Below are positions 9,185 to 19,700 of a DNA stretch of 43,132 nucleotides, in pieces; positions within the stretch are counted from its first letter, which is position 1; every line of letters begins with the position of its first letter. The notes beneath the pieces are model-generated. The model had not been told where the DNA came from. It did no database searches and saw nothing but the letters and a program-made list of their open reading frames with translations. Source of the stretch: a virus; IMG/VR virus record IMGVR_UViG_3300029616_000014, positions 1 through 43,132 of that record, one strand, 5' to 3'. The translations under genes were made by a program, and so were the position numbers.

Positions 9185-10474
9185 ATGATAACGATCAACG
9201 CAAAATTCTCGCAGGAAATGCAATCTCTTGGCCTGATTGGTCGCGTGGGAGAGAACGCCAGCAGGCAGATTGTATTTGACTGCTCCGAGGTGCTGACCGA
9301 GTTTTCCGGCGCGTCCATCCTGTGCGTGCTGCGGCGATCCAAGGATGAGATGCCCTACACGGCGGATGTGACCATGAGCGGGACGAACGCGACACTGACG
9401 CTGACGGACACCGACCTTGCGGTTGCAGGATATCTGAACATTGAACTGCGCGCAATCAAAAATGGCGTGGTGTACAAATCATCCGTGTTCACGGGCACGG
9501 TGGCGCTATCCCTGTATGGCGACGCGGACAAGCCCGGCGAGGTTGTACGCGATGTTTTGGACAGGGTAGATGCTGCGCTCAACGCGGCAGAAGCGACGAA
9601 AAATCAGCTTGAATTGGCATTGGGCGATGTGACTACTGCTGTCGGCAGCGCAAACACGGCGGCGAACAATGCGCAGACCGTGGCCGATACTGTACAGACG
9701 AAGCTGGACAACGGCGACTTTGTTGGCGCAACTGGCCCTGCTGGCTCAACCGGCGCGGACGGCGTGTCGCCTACGGTGGCTGTAAGTAAAACGGGCAAGG
9801 TTGCTACCGTAACCATCACGGACAAGGACGGCGAACATACTTTCACGGTCAATGATGGCGCTGACGGTTCGGGCAGCGGTGACATGATGAAGGCCACCTA
9901 CGATTCAAACGGAAACGGCATTGTGGACAACGCTGAAAAGCTGGAAGGGCACGCCGCGTCCTACTTTGCGCAGGCCACACACTCCCACGCAATTGCGGAC
10001 GTGAACGGGCTGCAGGCAGCGCTGAACGCCACGGGCGACATGAAAAAGAGCGTATACGACGCGGACGGGGACGGGGTGGTGGACAACGCCCAAAAGCTGG
10101 ACGGCAAGACGGCGGCGCAGTTTGCGGCGGCGCAGCACAGCCATGACATGAGCCAGGTGAGCGGCCTAAGCAGCGCGCTGACGGGAAAAGCAAACGCTGC
10201 GCACAGCCATGAAATTGCAGATGTAAACGGACTGCAAGCCGCTTTGGACGACAAGATCAACACCACCTATACCCTGAGCATCACCGGCAACGCAATCGTA
10301 TTAACGCCCAGCAGCGGGGCCGCGCAGCAAATTACAATCCCCATTGCCACCGCCAGCGCCCTTGGCCTGGTAAAAATCGGCACGGGGCTTGCGATTGCCG
10401 CAGACGGGACGATATCCAACGCCTACTCCATGACTTATTCCAACGGCACGCTTGCTATCACCGGCCCGTCGTAA
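9185..10474 (+). CDS. Tail fibre protein with collagen-like triplets and phage fibre repeats
   Basis: ATG 9185 follows RBS aaggag. It has the collagen-like run GATGPAGSTGADGVS. The unit YD..G.G.VDNA.KL.G occurs twice, and HSH....V.GL..AL occurs three times, which is typical of the phage tail-fibre repeat. Confidence 0.8.
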   Translation: MITINAKFSQEMQSLGLIGRVGENASRQIVFDCSEVLTEFSGASILCVLRRSKDEMPYTADVTMSGTNATLTLTDTDLAVAGYLNIELRAIKNGVVYKSSVFTGTVALSLYGDADKPGEVVRDVLDRVDAALNAAEATKNQLELALGDVTTAVGSANTAANNAQTVADTVQTKLDNGDFVGATGPAGSTGADGVSPTVAVSKTGKVATVTITDKDGEHTFTVNDGADGSGSGDMMKATYDSNGNGIVDNAEKLEGHAASYFAQATHSHAIADVNGLQAALNATGDMKKSVYDADGDGVVDNAQKLDGKTAAQFAAAQHSHDMSQVSGLSSALTGKANAAHSHEIADVNGLQAALDDKINTTYTLSITGNAIVLTPSSGAAQQITIPIATASALGLVKIGTGLAIAADGTISNAYSMTYSNGTLAITGPS

Positions 10475-10486
10475 GGGGGGAAGCAT

Positions 10487-11329
10487 ATGGCCTTTACCTT
10501 CAACGGCAGCGCTCCTTCTATAGTAACTTACAACGGCCAAAGCGTAACGAAGATCACCTATAATGGCGTAGCTGTCTGGAACGCCATCTCCATTTCCGCG
10601 CCGAGCAACCTGCGGGTCAACGGCAGCACCAGCAGCACCAGCTCCGCCTGTAAGCTGACCTGGAAGGCGGCCACCCTCAGCGGCGCAACGGGAACAATTA
10701 CCTATTATATCTACAAAAACGGCTCTCAGGTGGCCACAACCACAAGCACCAGCTACACGTTCAGCACGTCCACGATCACCGGCTGGAGCGGCGTTTCCCT
10801 CAAGGTTCGAGCCTATAACAGCAGCGCAGGCTACAGCGCGTATACCAGCGCCGTAACCTTTACCTATAGGGTTTCCAGCACAAGGGTGACAGTATCAGCC
10901 AGCAAGTATGCTACGACGGACAACTCGTCCTTCGCAAACAGCGGCGGCACCAGCTGCATTGTGGGACGCTCCACGAAGGACAAGCCTGTCGGCACGGCGA
11001 TGAAGTTCAACGCGCCCAGCGGCGGATGGTCGCAATTTAGCAAGGCCGTTTTGCATGTGCAGAGAACAGGTGGCAGCGCGAGCGCGACGGTTCGGGTTGG
11101 TAAGCTGGATGTAGCATATTCTACCACGCTGTACACGACGGAGTTTTATTACGGGAACTACGACACGTCAATTGGCTCGGCGAGCGCGTCCGCGGCGACA
11201 AGCTGGTTCTCGCTCGATATTTCCTCGGCGCTACCGTCCGGCAGCGGAGAGCTGGGCATTACGCTCACCTCGACGAACGCCTATGCGGCTGTGGACGGAA
11301 CAAACGCCTATATCCAACTGTCGGCATAA
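10487..11329 (+). CDS. Receptor-binding/tail accessory protein with FN3-like domain
   Basis: 280 aa. The segment APSNLRVNGSTSSTSSACKLTWKAATLSGATGTITYYIYKNGSQV..TSYTFS reads as a fibronectin type III module. Confidence 0.5.
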   Translation: MAFTFNGSAPSIVTYNGQSVTKITYNGVAVWNAISISAPSNLRVNGSTSSTSSACKLTWKAATLSGATGTITYYIYKNGSQVATTTSTSYTFSTSTITGWSGVSLKVRAYNSSAGYSAYTSAVTFTYRVSSTRVTVSASKYATTDNSSFANSGGTSCIVGRSTKDKPVGTAMKFNAPSGGWSQFSKAVLHVQRTGGSASATVRVGKLDVAYSTTLYTTEFYYGNYDTSIGSASASAATSWFSLDISSALPSGSGELGITLTSTNAYAAVDGTNAYIQLSA

Positions 11330-11341
11330 TTGAAAGGAAAA

Positions 11342-12223
11342 ATGATTGTGAACGAAAAAACGCTTAAAATCATCGAGGCCGCGAAATCCCAGCTTGGCAA
11401 CCCCTATGTATTCGGCATGTGGGGGCGGGAATGCACGCCCTCCGTGCGCCGCCAGTATGCTGGCTATAACCCCAGCCACAAGAGCGCCATCTTCAAGGCG
11501 TGCCCCGTGCTGAGCGGCAAACAGCCCAATTGCGACGGCTGCAAGTGGCAGGGCAAGCTGGCCTTTGACTGCCGGGGCTTTATCTATTGGTGCATCTTCC
11601 AGGGCTACGGCTTTAAGCTCAAGGGCGGCGGCTGCACCAGTCAGTGGGGCTACAAGGTCAACTGGGCGCAGCAGGGCGAAATTGCCGATATGCCCGACCT
11701 GGTGTGCTGCGTGTACCAGTATCGCGGCGGAAAATTCCAGCATACCGGTATCCATATCGGCGGCGGCAAGGTGATCCATTGTTCCGCTGGCGTACAGTGG
11801 GGCGATACGTCCGATAAGGCATGGACGCATTACGCCATTCCGGCAGGGCTGTACACGGCGGAGGAAATCGCGGCGGCGGGAAAGCCCGATACCAGTAAGC
11901 CAACGGAGGGCGTTGTATTTAATCTCAGGCGCGGCAGTAAGGGTGCGGATGTAACCAAGCTCCAAACCACCCTCAACGCCCTGGGATACGACTGCGGCAC
12001 TGCTGATGGCATCTTCGGCGCGAAGACCGAGGCCGCCGTGCGCAATTTCCAGCGCGACCACAGCCTGACCGTGGACGGCATCGCCGGTAAGGCCACGCAG
12101 GCGGCGCTGTATGCGGCTGAGGATACGCCCAAGCCCACCTATACCGTCACCCTGCGCAACGTGCCGCAGGCGGACGCAATCGCGCTTACGGCCAAGTACG
12201 CGGGCGAGATGCTCAAAGAGTGA
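11342..12223 (+). CDS. Endolysin: NlpC/P60 cysteine peptidase + PG_binding_1 domain
   Basis: Catalytic Cys context AFDCRGFIYWC and His context HTGIHIGGGKVIHCS. The C-terminal segment GSKGADVTKLQTTLNALGYDCGTADGIFGAKTEAAVRNFQRDHSLTVDGIAG is a peptidoglycan-binding repeat. Confidence 0.9.
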   Translation: MIVNEKTLKIIEAAKSQLGNPYVFGMWGRECTPSVRRQYAGYNPSHKSAIFKACPVLSGKQPNCDGCKWQGKLAFDCRGFIYWCIFQGYGFKLKGGGCTSQWGYKVNWAQQGEIADMPDLVCCVYQYRGGKFQHTGIHIGGGKVIHCSAGVQWGDTSDKAWTHYAIPAGLYTAEEIAAAGKPDTSKPTEGVVFNLRRGSKGADVTKLQTTLNALGYDCGTADGIFGAKTEAAVRNFQRDHSLTVDGIAGKATQAALYAAEDTPKPTYTVTLRNVPQADAIALTAKYAGEMLKE

Positions 12224-12260
12224 TCTATCGGATCAAAATAAATGAAAGGTACACACCACT

Positions 12261-12494
12261 ATGACAGAAGCCATCATCGTAGCCCTGATTACCGGCGGCA
12301 TCTCGCTGATCGGCACCCTCGCGTCCACCCGCAGCAGCGCCAAATCCACGCAGGCGCTCGTGGATTACAAGCTCAAAGAGCTGAAAGAAAGCGTGGACAG
12401 GCACAACAGCATCATCGAGCGCACGTACAGGCTCGAGGGGCGCATGGAAAACTGCGAACACGATATCCGCGACATCAAGCAGCGGATCAATTAA
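12261..12494 (+). CDS. Holin-like / lysis accessory membrane protein (N-terminal TM + coiled coil)
   Basis: 77 aa. TM segment AIIVALITGGISLIGTLA, then a charged coiled coil. It lies directly after the endolysin. Confidence 0.55.
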   Translation: MTEAIIVALITGGISLIGTLASTRSSAKSTQALVDYKLKELKESVDRHNSIIERTYRLEGRMENCEHDIRDIKQRIN

Positions 12495-12509
12495 GAAGGG
12501 AGAATCACA

Positions 12510-12758
12510 ATGAACAAGATCGACTGGAAGCGTAAGCTCACGTCCCGAAAGTTTTGGATGGCTATTTCGAGTTTTGTCGCCATGCTGGTTGTGGCGTTTG
12601 GCGGCTCCGAAAGTCAGGCTACGCAGATTACAGCCATGATCATGGCCGGTGCTGCCGTGGTCGCCTACATCATCGGCGAGGGTCTGGCCGACGCGTCCGC
12701 CGCAGGCACTTTCGGCACGGAACAGCCTGTTGAAAAACCGCCCGAAGACCTGGGCTGA
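12510..12758 (+). CDS. Holin (two-TM, phiLC3/LL-H-like)
   Basis: 82 aa with RBS gaagggag. Start MNKIDWKRKLTSRKFW, then two TM helices (MAISSFVAMLVVAF and ITAMIMAGAAVVAYIIG). Confidence 0.75.
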   Translation: MNKIDWKRKLTSRKFWMAISSFVAMLVVAFGGSESQATQITAMIMAGAAVVAYIIGEGLADASAAGTFGTEQPVEKPPEDLG

Positions 12759-12772
12759 AAGGGGGGATTGCC

Positions 12773-13756
12773 ATGGCTGGTACGATGAGCGCGGCTGATG
12801 CGCTGAAAAAGCTGCTTGAGCAGTACAACCAGACTTCCTCTTATGTTCCCAAGACCGCTGACCAGATCAGGCAGCAGGCACAGGGCGAATATCAGAGCTA
12901 CTACGACCAACTGAGGCTTGCCGCCCAGCAGGCGCAGGCGCGCAACGACCTTGCATTGCAGCAGCAGCGCGAGGGCTTGCAGCGGACGTATGACAAGCAG
13001 CGCGAGGCCAGCCAGAAGGAATACGAAAACGCCTATTCCAGGGCTGACCGGCAGCAGTTGTCACGCGGCATGCAGCGCTCCAGCTACACGGCGCAGGTGC
13101 TGGCGAATCTCACCCAGGAGGGCGCGGAAGCGCAGCAGGAGCTGTGGGATGCGCAGGGCGCGGCTGAGGGGAACATCGACGCGCAGCGGACGCAGCTTGC
13201 GGCGCAGTTGGCTGACCAGTTATCGCAGTACAGCGCCAGCGAAGCGGCTGACGTGCTGGCGAGAATCAAGCAGCTTGAGGACCAGGAGTATGACCGCGGC
13301 CGTGAAAACGACCAGTACAAGAATTCCCTGTCTGCGCAGATCTATCAGTTCCTTTACCAGGGCGAGCAGGATAAGATTGCTCAGGATCAGTGGCAGAAGG
13401 AATTTGACGAAAACGTGCGCCAGTGGAACGCGCAGTACGGCAGCAAGGGGTCTGGCGGCGGCGGCGGAAACAACTACAACACCAACAAGGATACCACCGG
13501 CAACGGCGGGAACCAGTACACCGATGATACCTTCCTGTCCGACATGAGCCAGGACAGGGCCATTACTAAAACCTCTGCCGGTTTGCCTATGCCTGATCTT
13601 GGCCTCTTTCCTGACCGAATCAACAGCCTGGGCGGGATCAACAGCGTTAAAAGCAAGCTGAACGAAGCATTGAAGAACAAAAGAAAGAAGAAAACCAGCA
13701 CCAACAACGGCGGCGGAGGCGGCGGTCGTTTCTCTCAGGCAATGGTAAGAGACTAA
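12773..13756 (+). CDS. Q-rich coiled-coil / Gly-rich putative internal virion protein
   Basis: 327 aa. Long Q/A/E coiled coil, GGGGG tracts and a basic tail (KNKRKKK). It lies directly upstream of the giant ORF. Confidence 0.45.
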   Translation: MAGTMSAADALKKLLEQYNQTSSYVPKTADQIRQQAQGEYQSYYDQLRLAAQQAQARNDLALQQQREGLQRTYDKQREASQKEYENAYSRADRQQLSRGMQRSSYTAQVLANLTQEGAEAQQELWDAQGAAEGNIDAQRTQLAAQLADQLSQYSASEAADVLARIKQLEDQEYDRGRENDQYKNSLSAQIYQFLYQGEQDKIAQDQWQKEFDENVRQWNAQYGSKGSGGGGGNNYNTNKDTTGNGGNQYTDDTFLSDMSQDRAITKTSAGLPMPDLGLFPDRINSLGGINSVKSKLNEALKNKRKKKTSTNNGGGGGGRFSQAMVRD

Positions 13757-13773
13757 GCAATCGGAGGTAGGCA

Positions 13774-16700
13774 ATGAGCCAGCTATATGATGACGAGAAG
13801 CAGAAAAAGCTGACTACCGTCTCGATGACGAGCAGCAAGCAGAAGCTCAAGCAGGTATTGCAGGAGCAGAAGCAAAAGGAGAAGAATCCTGTTCAGCGCA
13901 AGAACACGAAAATTGGCGCTTCGCAGTCTCCAAAATTTGTGAGCACTACCTTCATCAGTCCGGTGCAGCCTATTGTCCGCACGCAGCCGTCCTCGAACCT
14001 ACAGCGGCTTTTGGCGAAGGTTGAGACGGATAACAGCTGGTATTCCGGCAGCACGCCCACCAGAAGCGAGGCGGCGGCGCGTATCTACACGATATCGCAG
14101 ACTGACCCGGCGCGGGCAAGGAAGCTGAACCAGGCTTTTTCTCAACTGCAGCGTGATCCTTCCAGCCAGTTCTACAATCCATACGGCGCTGCCACGAACA
14201 AGGCCATCCAGGAGCTTGCAAACCTTGGCGTGGATATGAGCGGCGGCATTACGGAGGACTGGCTGGCGAAAAATAGCTGGCTCAAAGCCTACTATCGCAC
14301 CAGCGGCAACAGCGGCACTCCCCTTGCGCCCACCAAGAGCAGCACTGCCGAGCAGAATGCGGCGTACTACTACTATCAGATTCTCAAGGCGCAGGATACA
14401 ACCAATCAGGCAGAAGCCGAGTGGAAGGCCCTGCAGGAGGAGATCGGCTACTGGGCGAACCGCAAGGACCGCAATTACAGCGACGATCAGATCATCAGCA
14501 GGATTGACTGGTCTAAGTATAAGACGCTGGCCAGGATGGACGACGGCGCGGCAAGCGGCGTACCCCTGACGCTGAACAGCTCCATTGGCTACAGCCAGGA
14601 CGCGCTAAAGGGCGTGATCTGGGCGGCGCGCAACGGCAGCACCGGCAACCCGCTGGCTGACAGCGCGAAGGCCGTTTTGGGCGCGGGCAAGACCTGGCAG
14701 GAGGACAAGAGGATCAGCGCGAAGCTCGATCCCAGCAGCAAGGCGTACAGCCCGTACGCTGTCGGCAGCACGCTGGACGACGCGGCGCTGTACTTTGGCG
14801 TGGATTCCTTCAGCAAGGACTGGCTTGCAAACAACCGTAACATTCTGGCCGGCAACGACGCAACGGCCAAGAAAATGTATCAGACGGTGTACAATGCGGA
14901 GCAGACCACGCTGAAGGCGGAGCAGGAGCTGGACGAGCTGCACGCCAATATCGACCGCTATCTTGAATCGACCACTGACCCGGATCAGATTATGCGGATG
15001 ATTGACGGCGATTATAAGACGCTGGACAGCCTGGACGAGAGCATGCGGGATGGCAAGCTGATAGGCACGACCCGCGCGATCAACTACCGCAAGCAGGATA
15101 TCGAGTTTGAGGTGCGCCGTCGCTGTCTGGCCAAGAATACGCAGATCAACGGAGCGGACTATGTGGGCGCTGTGTGGAAGCTGCTGGGCCTGCCGGAGGT
15201 AAAAACCGAGGCCAGTTCGGCTGTGGGCGCTTCCCGCGATAACGCGATCAACGCTGGCGGCGCGACCATTGCGGACGCGGGCACGGACGAGGAAAAGACC
15301 GTATTTAAGACTGCGTACAGCAGCGATTTTGACAACTATCTGACGCAGATCAAGGGCGCGATGGATAGCGGCGTATCCGACCCGCAGGGCGGCTATGACT
15401 ACACGCTCAAGCGCGCTGACCAGTATGCGGCTGAAAACTACATGGACGCGATGGACACCGTTTTGACATACGAGGAAGCCCAGCAGGCCAAGGATGAAGC
15501 CATCAAAAAGCTGAACGACCTGGGCGTTGTCTACGATGAAGACGGCAACATCGACATGACCAACCGCAAGGGCAGCCTGATTGTGCCGGGCGCTGATACG
15601 GCGATGGCTGCTGCCGGGACGAGCGATGCGCCGAGGAAGCTGCGCAAGACCAGTGATGATACGGCTGATGAGATCGACATGCTGCGCAAGGAGATTGCCA
15701 GCGGTTACGGCAAGGATGAGAAGGGAAAGCGCGTAAAGCTGACGGATGAGGAAATCGAGCTAAAGCATTCTCAGCTGCAAGCGCTGCTTCATCCCGAAGC
15801 CATCACGGCAACGCAGAAGGAGATCAACCAGCTTTTGGCTGTGGTGGATGAAAGCACCGAGACCATGGAGCGCACGCAGAAGTCCTATGATAAAGCCAAT
15901 ATCACGCTGAAGAACATCACCGAGGGCTATGCGGTTGCCGACCGGATGCAGGCGCTGACCGGCGTGAAGGCCGGAGACAGCGATTCCACCCTGGCGCAGA
16001 TGACTTATCTGTTCAGCATTGCGCGCAACTATGAGCCGACCGAATATCGATCTGCCAACCTGTATGCGCTGGCCATGGACGGGCAGGGCGCGACCTACGA
16101 GGAAACGGCGGCGGCTGCCAAGCAGGGCATGGCGGAGAACAAGCAGATGATCGAGCAGATCAATTTTGCACTGGGCGAGCTGGAAAGCAAGGGCGCGCAT
16201 CTGCCGGATGACAAGATGGAAAACGTCAAGCGTTATGTCGCTGCGCTTGAGCGCGACGTGCAGGACGCTGAATATTTTCTTTTGCGGGAGAACGACGATT
16301 ACTACCAGGAATCGCAGGACGTAAGCAACGAGATTTTCGCGGCCTGGCAGGATTATAACGAGCTGAACCCGCTGGGCATGCTGAACCCATTTGCCGACCG
16401 GAAGGGCTATACGGCGCTGGATAACGTGGTGGCAATCCGCCTTGAACAGCTGCAAATGGAGGAAGCCAGCAAAACCATTGGGCGGAACCTGAAATCTGAC
16501 AAGGTGATCATGTCCACTGGCAACCCGGCGAAGGACGGTTATTACACAGAGGACATTAACCAGCTCAGCAAAAACGAGTGCATGACCTACCTGTACATTC
16601 GCGGCAAGGAGGGCGTGGACGCTGCGCAGGAATACTACGACCATTTGACCAACGCGGAGTACGGTGTAATCAACATGCGCCGCAATCTGGACTGGACGGC

Positions 16701-19700
16701 GAAGGCGCAGGAATTTGCGGATCAGAACGCTGTGACCGGCGCGCTTGCTTCCGCGCTGACCGTCATTGCTTCCCCTCTTACTGTGGGCGGCATGGTGGAA
16801 TCGATCAAGGCTGATGTGCTGGGGCAGGAGCTGAACCCCTACGCGCGCGGCTTTGTGTACGGCAACATGAGCGGCACGGCGCGTGCGACGGTCAAGGAGA
16901 ATATCTCCGAATCTGTCGGCGGCGGCGCGCGCGGCTGGCTGCTGGGTGCGCTGTATGACGCTTTGATGAGCTACGGCGATTCGATGGTAAGCAGCTACTT
17001 TATGGGCGACCTGGGCGCTGCTGCTGGTTCCGGCGCTGGCAAGCTGCTGGCAAAGACAGGGCTGACCGAGAATTATGTCAATCTCGCGTCCAAGGTGGTA
17101 TCTTCCTTTGTGACGGCTTCTGGCCAGGGCATGCAGGCGGTTGGCAACACCGTGATGGACGCAAAGCTGCGCGGCGCGACTGCGACCGAAAGGCGCGTAC
17201 TTGGCCTTGTTACCTTCCTGGCTGAGACCGCGACGGAAGCGATTGAGGTTGAGACCATCGATTCTGCCATTCACGGCGGCGCTGAACGGGAATTCAAAGA
17301 CACGTTCAAGAAGCTGCTGTTCAACATGTTCAACGAGGGCGCGGGCGAGGGCGTATCCGAATTGGTGGAGGGCATGGCCGACAAGGTTGTGATGGATTAC
17401 AAGTCCAACTGGGCTGAATTCGTACAGCGCTATATTGACGAGGGCATGACCAAGAAGCAGGCCGAAGACGCAGCCTGGAAGGAGATCCTGTGGAACGCAG
17501 CGGAAGCGGCGGCTGTTGGCGGTATCTCTGGCGGCCTTGGCACCGGCCTGGGCTATGTACAGGGCCGTATCTTTGGCGATGGCAGCCAGACGCAGGACGC
17601 TGTGCAGCCAACTGCCGAGACCGTGCAGCAGACGCAGCAGACCGCGCAGGAAACCGTCCAGCAGACCGCACAAGAGCAGACCCAGCAGGAAGCCCCGACG
17701 ATTGCGCAGGAGACGCAGAACGCCGAGGTGGAGAATGCTGCGCCTGAGACCGCAAAAGCCGCCCAAACGCTAAATACAAAGGAAGAAACGCAGCCCTTTG
17801 ACACGGGCGAACGGCTGACGCAGTATGAGGTAAATGAAAAGACCGTGCGGCAGGTGACGGCGCTGACTGCATCCCTGGAGGCGGACGAGGCCAGCCAGAC
17901 GGCGACCATCGGCGCGGCGCTGTTGGGAGATAACGCGACCCCGCAGGAAACGGCCTTTGCCTCCGCGGCGGCGCAGCACATGACCGATACCCTGGGCAGT
18001 GACGCGGCTGTGCGGTTTACCCGCGACGTGCTGCTGCTGGACAGCGACACCAACGGCGTGCGCGCGGCGCTGACTGTTGCGGCGCTGAGCAAGGGAGGGA
18101 ACGCCAGCCAGGTTGCGCAGCGTATGGCGCAGGAGGGCGTAACGGCTGAGGGCATTCAGGAGCTCAAGGCGGCGGCTGACCTCGATGTGCAGGACGCGAA
18201 CGTGACCGCGCAGATGCAGCAGACCGTGCAGGAGAACCAGGTGGCAAAGCGCACGGCGCAGCTGATTGGCGACGGCGCACTGAAAGCCGTACAGCCCTAC
18301 GAGACGGCGGTTGCCCAGGCAAAAAGCGTATTGCGCCAGGCTCAGGGCGAATTGCGCAGGCAGGTAAAGCGCCGGGAAGGGCTTGGGCAGAATCTCCTAT
18401 CTTTACAGGATCAGATCAACAGCGGCACGGCAACCCCGCAGCTGCTTGATACCTTCCGTTCGACCGTCAAGGACATCGAAGGCCAGATCAAGGTTGTGAA
18501 CGAGTACACCCAGCGCGTGGCCAACGCCGAGCAATCGATGCACGACGCGCAGAACCAACTTGACACTGTACGCGACGAAACCCTGCGTCGGGTACGCCAG
18601 CAGGCGCAGCAGGACGTGGCCGACATGCAGGCGCAGCAGCTTGCGGAGCAGGAGGCGGCGAAGGCTGAACAGGCGCAGCAGGCCGAAGCACAGGAAAAGA
18701 CCGGCTATCAGAAGAAGCAGTTTATCCCCTATGATGGCCCTGTCCCGCAGACCGTTGACAACGTGCAGCAGGAAACCGTCGCGATTGACGATGCAAGCTA
18801 TGCGCAGGTGCAGCGGATTGTGGAGGAGGCGCAGGCGGAGGATGAAACGAAACTTAGCGTGCGCAGCATAGTCAAGAGTGCGTTGCGCGCTGCGTTTGGA
18901 AGCCGATTCGACCAAACGCAGGTAACGGTGGACAACGTGCAGTTTGACGGACAGCCGTATACCGTGACGCTGTTCAAGAATCTGATCAACAAGGTTGTTT
19001 CTGACCCTGGGATGACAGTTGATAAACTTTCGGTATTAGGAAACGTCGAACAGGTGTTGAAAAACGCTAATTACCTGACAAGCTCTGATGTTGATAGGAG
19101 CCACCAGAACAAGGATGATGTAATTCGGTATGATTATTTGAATACACCTGTCCGGATAAACGGCGTAGATCAGAATGTAAGATTCACTATTGAGGCTTAT
19201 GATGATCATAACAAGGCGAAAACTTATATGCTAACGGACATAGAAATGACGCCCCCCGCCTCACTGCCCACCACCGGTTACGTACCGGCGCACACAGGAG
19301 ACGGTTTGCTCTCACCTACCGGTCACGTACCGGCGGCGCAGAGCGAGGCGTCATCTTCTACTAATATATTAGCAGACAACGCCGAAAATGTCAATACTGA
19401 AAATATTTCTAATTTGGAATCGCTGAACGATGCGAATGTGCCGCCTGCTACGCCTATGCAGGATAACGCGGATACGCAGAACGATTCCGGGGAGAAATAC
19501 CGCCAGTTTGGCACGCAGACCGCGCAATCGACGGATGCACTGTTCCAGGAGACGCGCGACTATCTGCTGCACAACAGCGTATACGAGGCTGATTCCAACA
19601 CTGAACAGATTGACCGGGCGATTGACTGGGTGCGTGGACAAGCTACGTCGCATGATCCTGCCGGTTACTTTACGGCCAAGTCCGCTGTGCTGGATCCTTC

